From NCBI GenBank assembly GCA_963745075.1, contig CAVUWV010000008.1, forward strand, positions 192,001 to 256,000: a stretch of 64,000 nt of DNA, written 5' to 3'. Of this stretch, positions 62,265 through 64,000 are shown one piece after another (position 1 is the stretch's first letter; every line of letters starts with the position of its first letter). The notes under the pieces were generated by a model. That model saw only the letters and a list, made by a program, of their open reading frames with translations. It was not told where the DNA came from and searched no databases. The stretch comes from Candidatus Hydrogenedentota bacterium (GTDB lineage Bacteria > Hydrogenedentota > Hydrogenedentia > Hydrogenedentales > SLHB01). A program made the position numbers and the translations under genes.

Positions 62265-64000
62265 GTGAAGGATGTGGAAGGCGACTGCGGACCCTATCGT
62301 ATTTCTCGCACGCTGGGAAGCGGGGGCATGGGGGTTGTATACGAGGCGTGGGACACCCGCCTGGATCGTCGAGTCGCGATCAAGATGGTGCACGGCCATC
62401 TGCTCGCCGTTCCTGGCGTACTGGCGGCGTTCAATCGGGAGGCGAGGCACGCCGCCCGCGTCGAGCACCCGAACGTCGTCCGCGTGTATCGCGTGGATGT
62501 CGTCGAAGGTCAGGTCGTCATTGAAATGCAGTATGTGGATGGGGTGCCGTTCAGCAGATTGCTGGATGCCGGCCCGATCTCGCCAACGCATGCGGCGAAT
62601 CTTCTGCGCCAACTGCTGGAGGCGTTGGCCGCATGTCACGAACAGGGAATTATCCACTGCGACTTGAAACCCGGTAATTTGCTGGTGACCCGGCACGATC
62701 GGGTCATGCTGACGGACTTTGGCGTGGCCCGTGCCTTCTATGAAGCCGGCGCCGCGCAGACAACGCCGGAGGCGCCGGCTTCGTTGCGATGGGGTACGCC
62801 TCAATACAGTCCGCCTGAGGCATGGTCGAATAACGCAATCACTCCTCAGTGGGATCTGTACACCGCGGGCGCGCTTATGTATGAGGCGCTCACGGGCAAT
62901 CCCCCGTTTCACGGACTATCCCGGGCCGATCTTGCAAACGCCGTGCGGACGAGAACGCCCCGGTCGATTTCGGCGATTCGTCCCGATGTTTCAGAAGCCT
63001 TTGCAGAACTGGTCATGCAACTGATGGCCCGCGATCCGGCGGTTCGTCCCGCCAGTGCAGGAGCGGCTTTGGTCCAACTAAACCGGTCGCCGGAATCACA
63101 GTCTTCCGGTCCGGACACGGAGCCGTTGGAGGAGATGCGCGGGGCAACCACGAGCCGGGAAGAGGGGTCACGCAAAACAAGACCGATGTATTTCGCTTTG
63201 GCCGCAGTGTTCGTGTTAGCCGGGCTCGGTGCGGTATCACATTTCCTCTACCATCATGCGAAGCCCGCTCCTATGGAGGCGGGCACGGTTACCCCCGCGT
63301 CGTCGCTCCGCGGAACCAGCGCGGACGAACTGCTGGTGGAGGGGAATTGCGCTCTCTTTGCTGCCGACGACGGGGTGCACGGCCGGGAACTTTGGCAGGT
63401 AGCTGCGGGGCAGAAACCAGAATTAGTCGCTGATATTGTGCCCGGCCCCCGCTCGTCCAATCCGCGACGATTTATGCTGCGACCGCAAGGCGGCTTCGTG
63501 TTCGCGGCCACGACCCCGGAAACCGGCGAGGAATTATGGTTCGCAAGTAGCCCCGGCGGAGGCCGGTATTCCGTGAGTCTTATCAAAGACATCATCCCTG
63601 GGCCAATGGGGAGCAACCCCGAGCCCGTTGCAGCGGCAGGCGCACTCGTTCTTTTCTACGCCACAACATTGCGGGAGGGGCGAGAGCTGTGGTGCACCAA
63701 TGTCCACGAGGGGCAAACCGCTATTGTGGCGGATGTTCTTCCGGGAGTTGGAAGCTCCGTCCCAATGAACCCGCGGGCGTACGCAGATAAAACCGGCGCT
63801 TACATCGTCGCGCTGAGCGATGCCGTGCGCGGATGCGTGCTGTATCGCTATGACTATGCCACCAACGCGCTCCGCGAAATCGGAGACGTCGCCGACGATA
63901 CCGCCGGTCTCGCCCGGGCGGGCCATCGAATCCTTTTCCCGAATACGGACGAAGACCATGGCTGGGAATTGTGGGCATACGACGAAGACACGGAGAATCT
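62265..64000 (+). CDS. Hanks-type Ser/Thr kinase-TM-ELWxxDGT-like repeat protein (3'-truncated at window edge)
   Basis: LGSGGMGVVY, VAIK, HCDLKPGN, DFG, GTPQYSPPE, TM YFALAAVFVLAGLGAV, then GRELW/GEELW...DIxPGxxSSNP repeats; not in the ORF track because there is no stop. Confidence 0.9.
   Translation, partial: MKDVEGDCGPYRISRTLGSGGMGVVYEAWDTRLDRRVAIKMVHGHLLAVPGVLAAFNREARHAARVEHPNVVRVYRVDVVEGQVVIEMQYVDGVPFSRLLDAGPISPTHAANLLRQLLEALAACHEQGIIHCDLKPGNLLVTRHDRVMLTDFGVARAFYEAGAAQTTPEAPASLRWGTPQYSPPEAWSNNAITPQWDLYTAGALMYEALTGNPPFHGLSRADLANAVRTRTPRSISAIRPDVSEAFAELVMQLMARDPAVRPASAGAALVQLNRSPESQSSGPDTEPLEEMRGATTSREEGSRKTRPMYFALAAVFVLAGLGAVSHFLYHHAKPAPMEAGTVTPASSLRGTSADELLVEGNCALFAADDGVHGRELWQVAAGQKPELVADIVPGPRSSNPRRFMLRPQGGFVFAATTPETGEELWFASSPGGGRYSVSLIKDIIPGPMGSNPEPVAAAGALVLFYATTLREGRELWCTNVHEGQTAIVADVLPGVGSSVPMNPRAYADKTGAYIVALSDAVRGCVLYRYDYATNALREIGDVADDTAGLARAGHRILFPNTDEDHGWELWAYDEDTEN

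Overview
Gene-dense, GC-rich bacterial chromosome segment, probably Candidatus Hydrogenedentota or a PVC-like lineage. This is inferred from the two DUF1559 prepilin-type paralogs, the ECF-sigma/carboxypeptidase-repeat fusion and the Tat sulfatase; it is not proven. Housekeeping genes include glgC, pfkA, a cysteine desulfurase, DAHP synthase, sucCD and a DEAD-box helicase. Accessory modules are: a tandem dynamin-like GTPase pair; a compact restriction-modification-like pair (HTH-fused amino-MTase with an apparently leaderless, operator-containing promoter, convergent with a PD-(D/E)xK nuclease); a minus-strand glycan-utilisation-like cluster (2x DUF1559, heparinase-II/III-like lyase, small lipoprotein, sulfatase); a DtxR/MntR-controlled FeoA-Cys-GTPase plus split FeoB system; three TA loci or remnants; sigma28- and sigma54-type promoters; a PAS-GAF protein without an output domain; and a Ser/Thr kinase fused to ELWxxDGT-like repeats. 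The two DUF1559 genes share a ~300-nt leader architecture with an orphan Shine-Dalgarno motif at about -103. Intergenic regions carry REP-like doublets and short periodic repeats. Several genes are broken by single-base insertions, which points to sequencing or assembly error rather than real pseudogenisation. No rRNA, tRNA, CRISPR array or intact transposase/integrase was seen.
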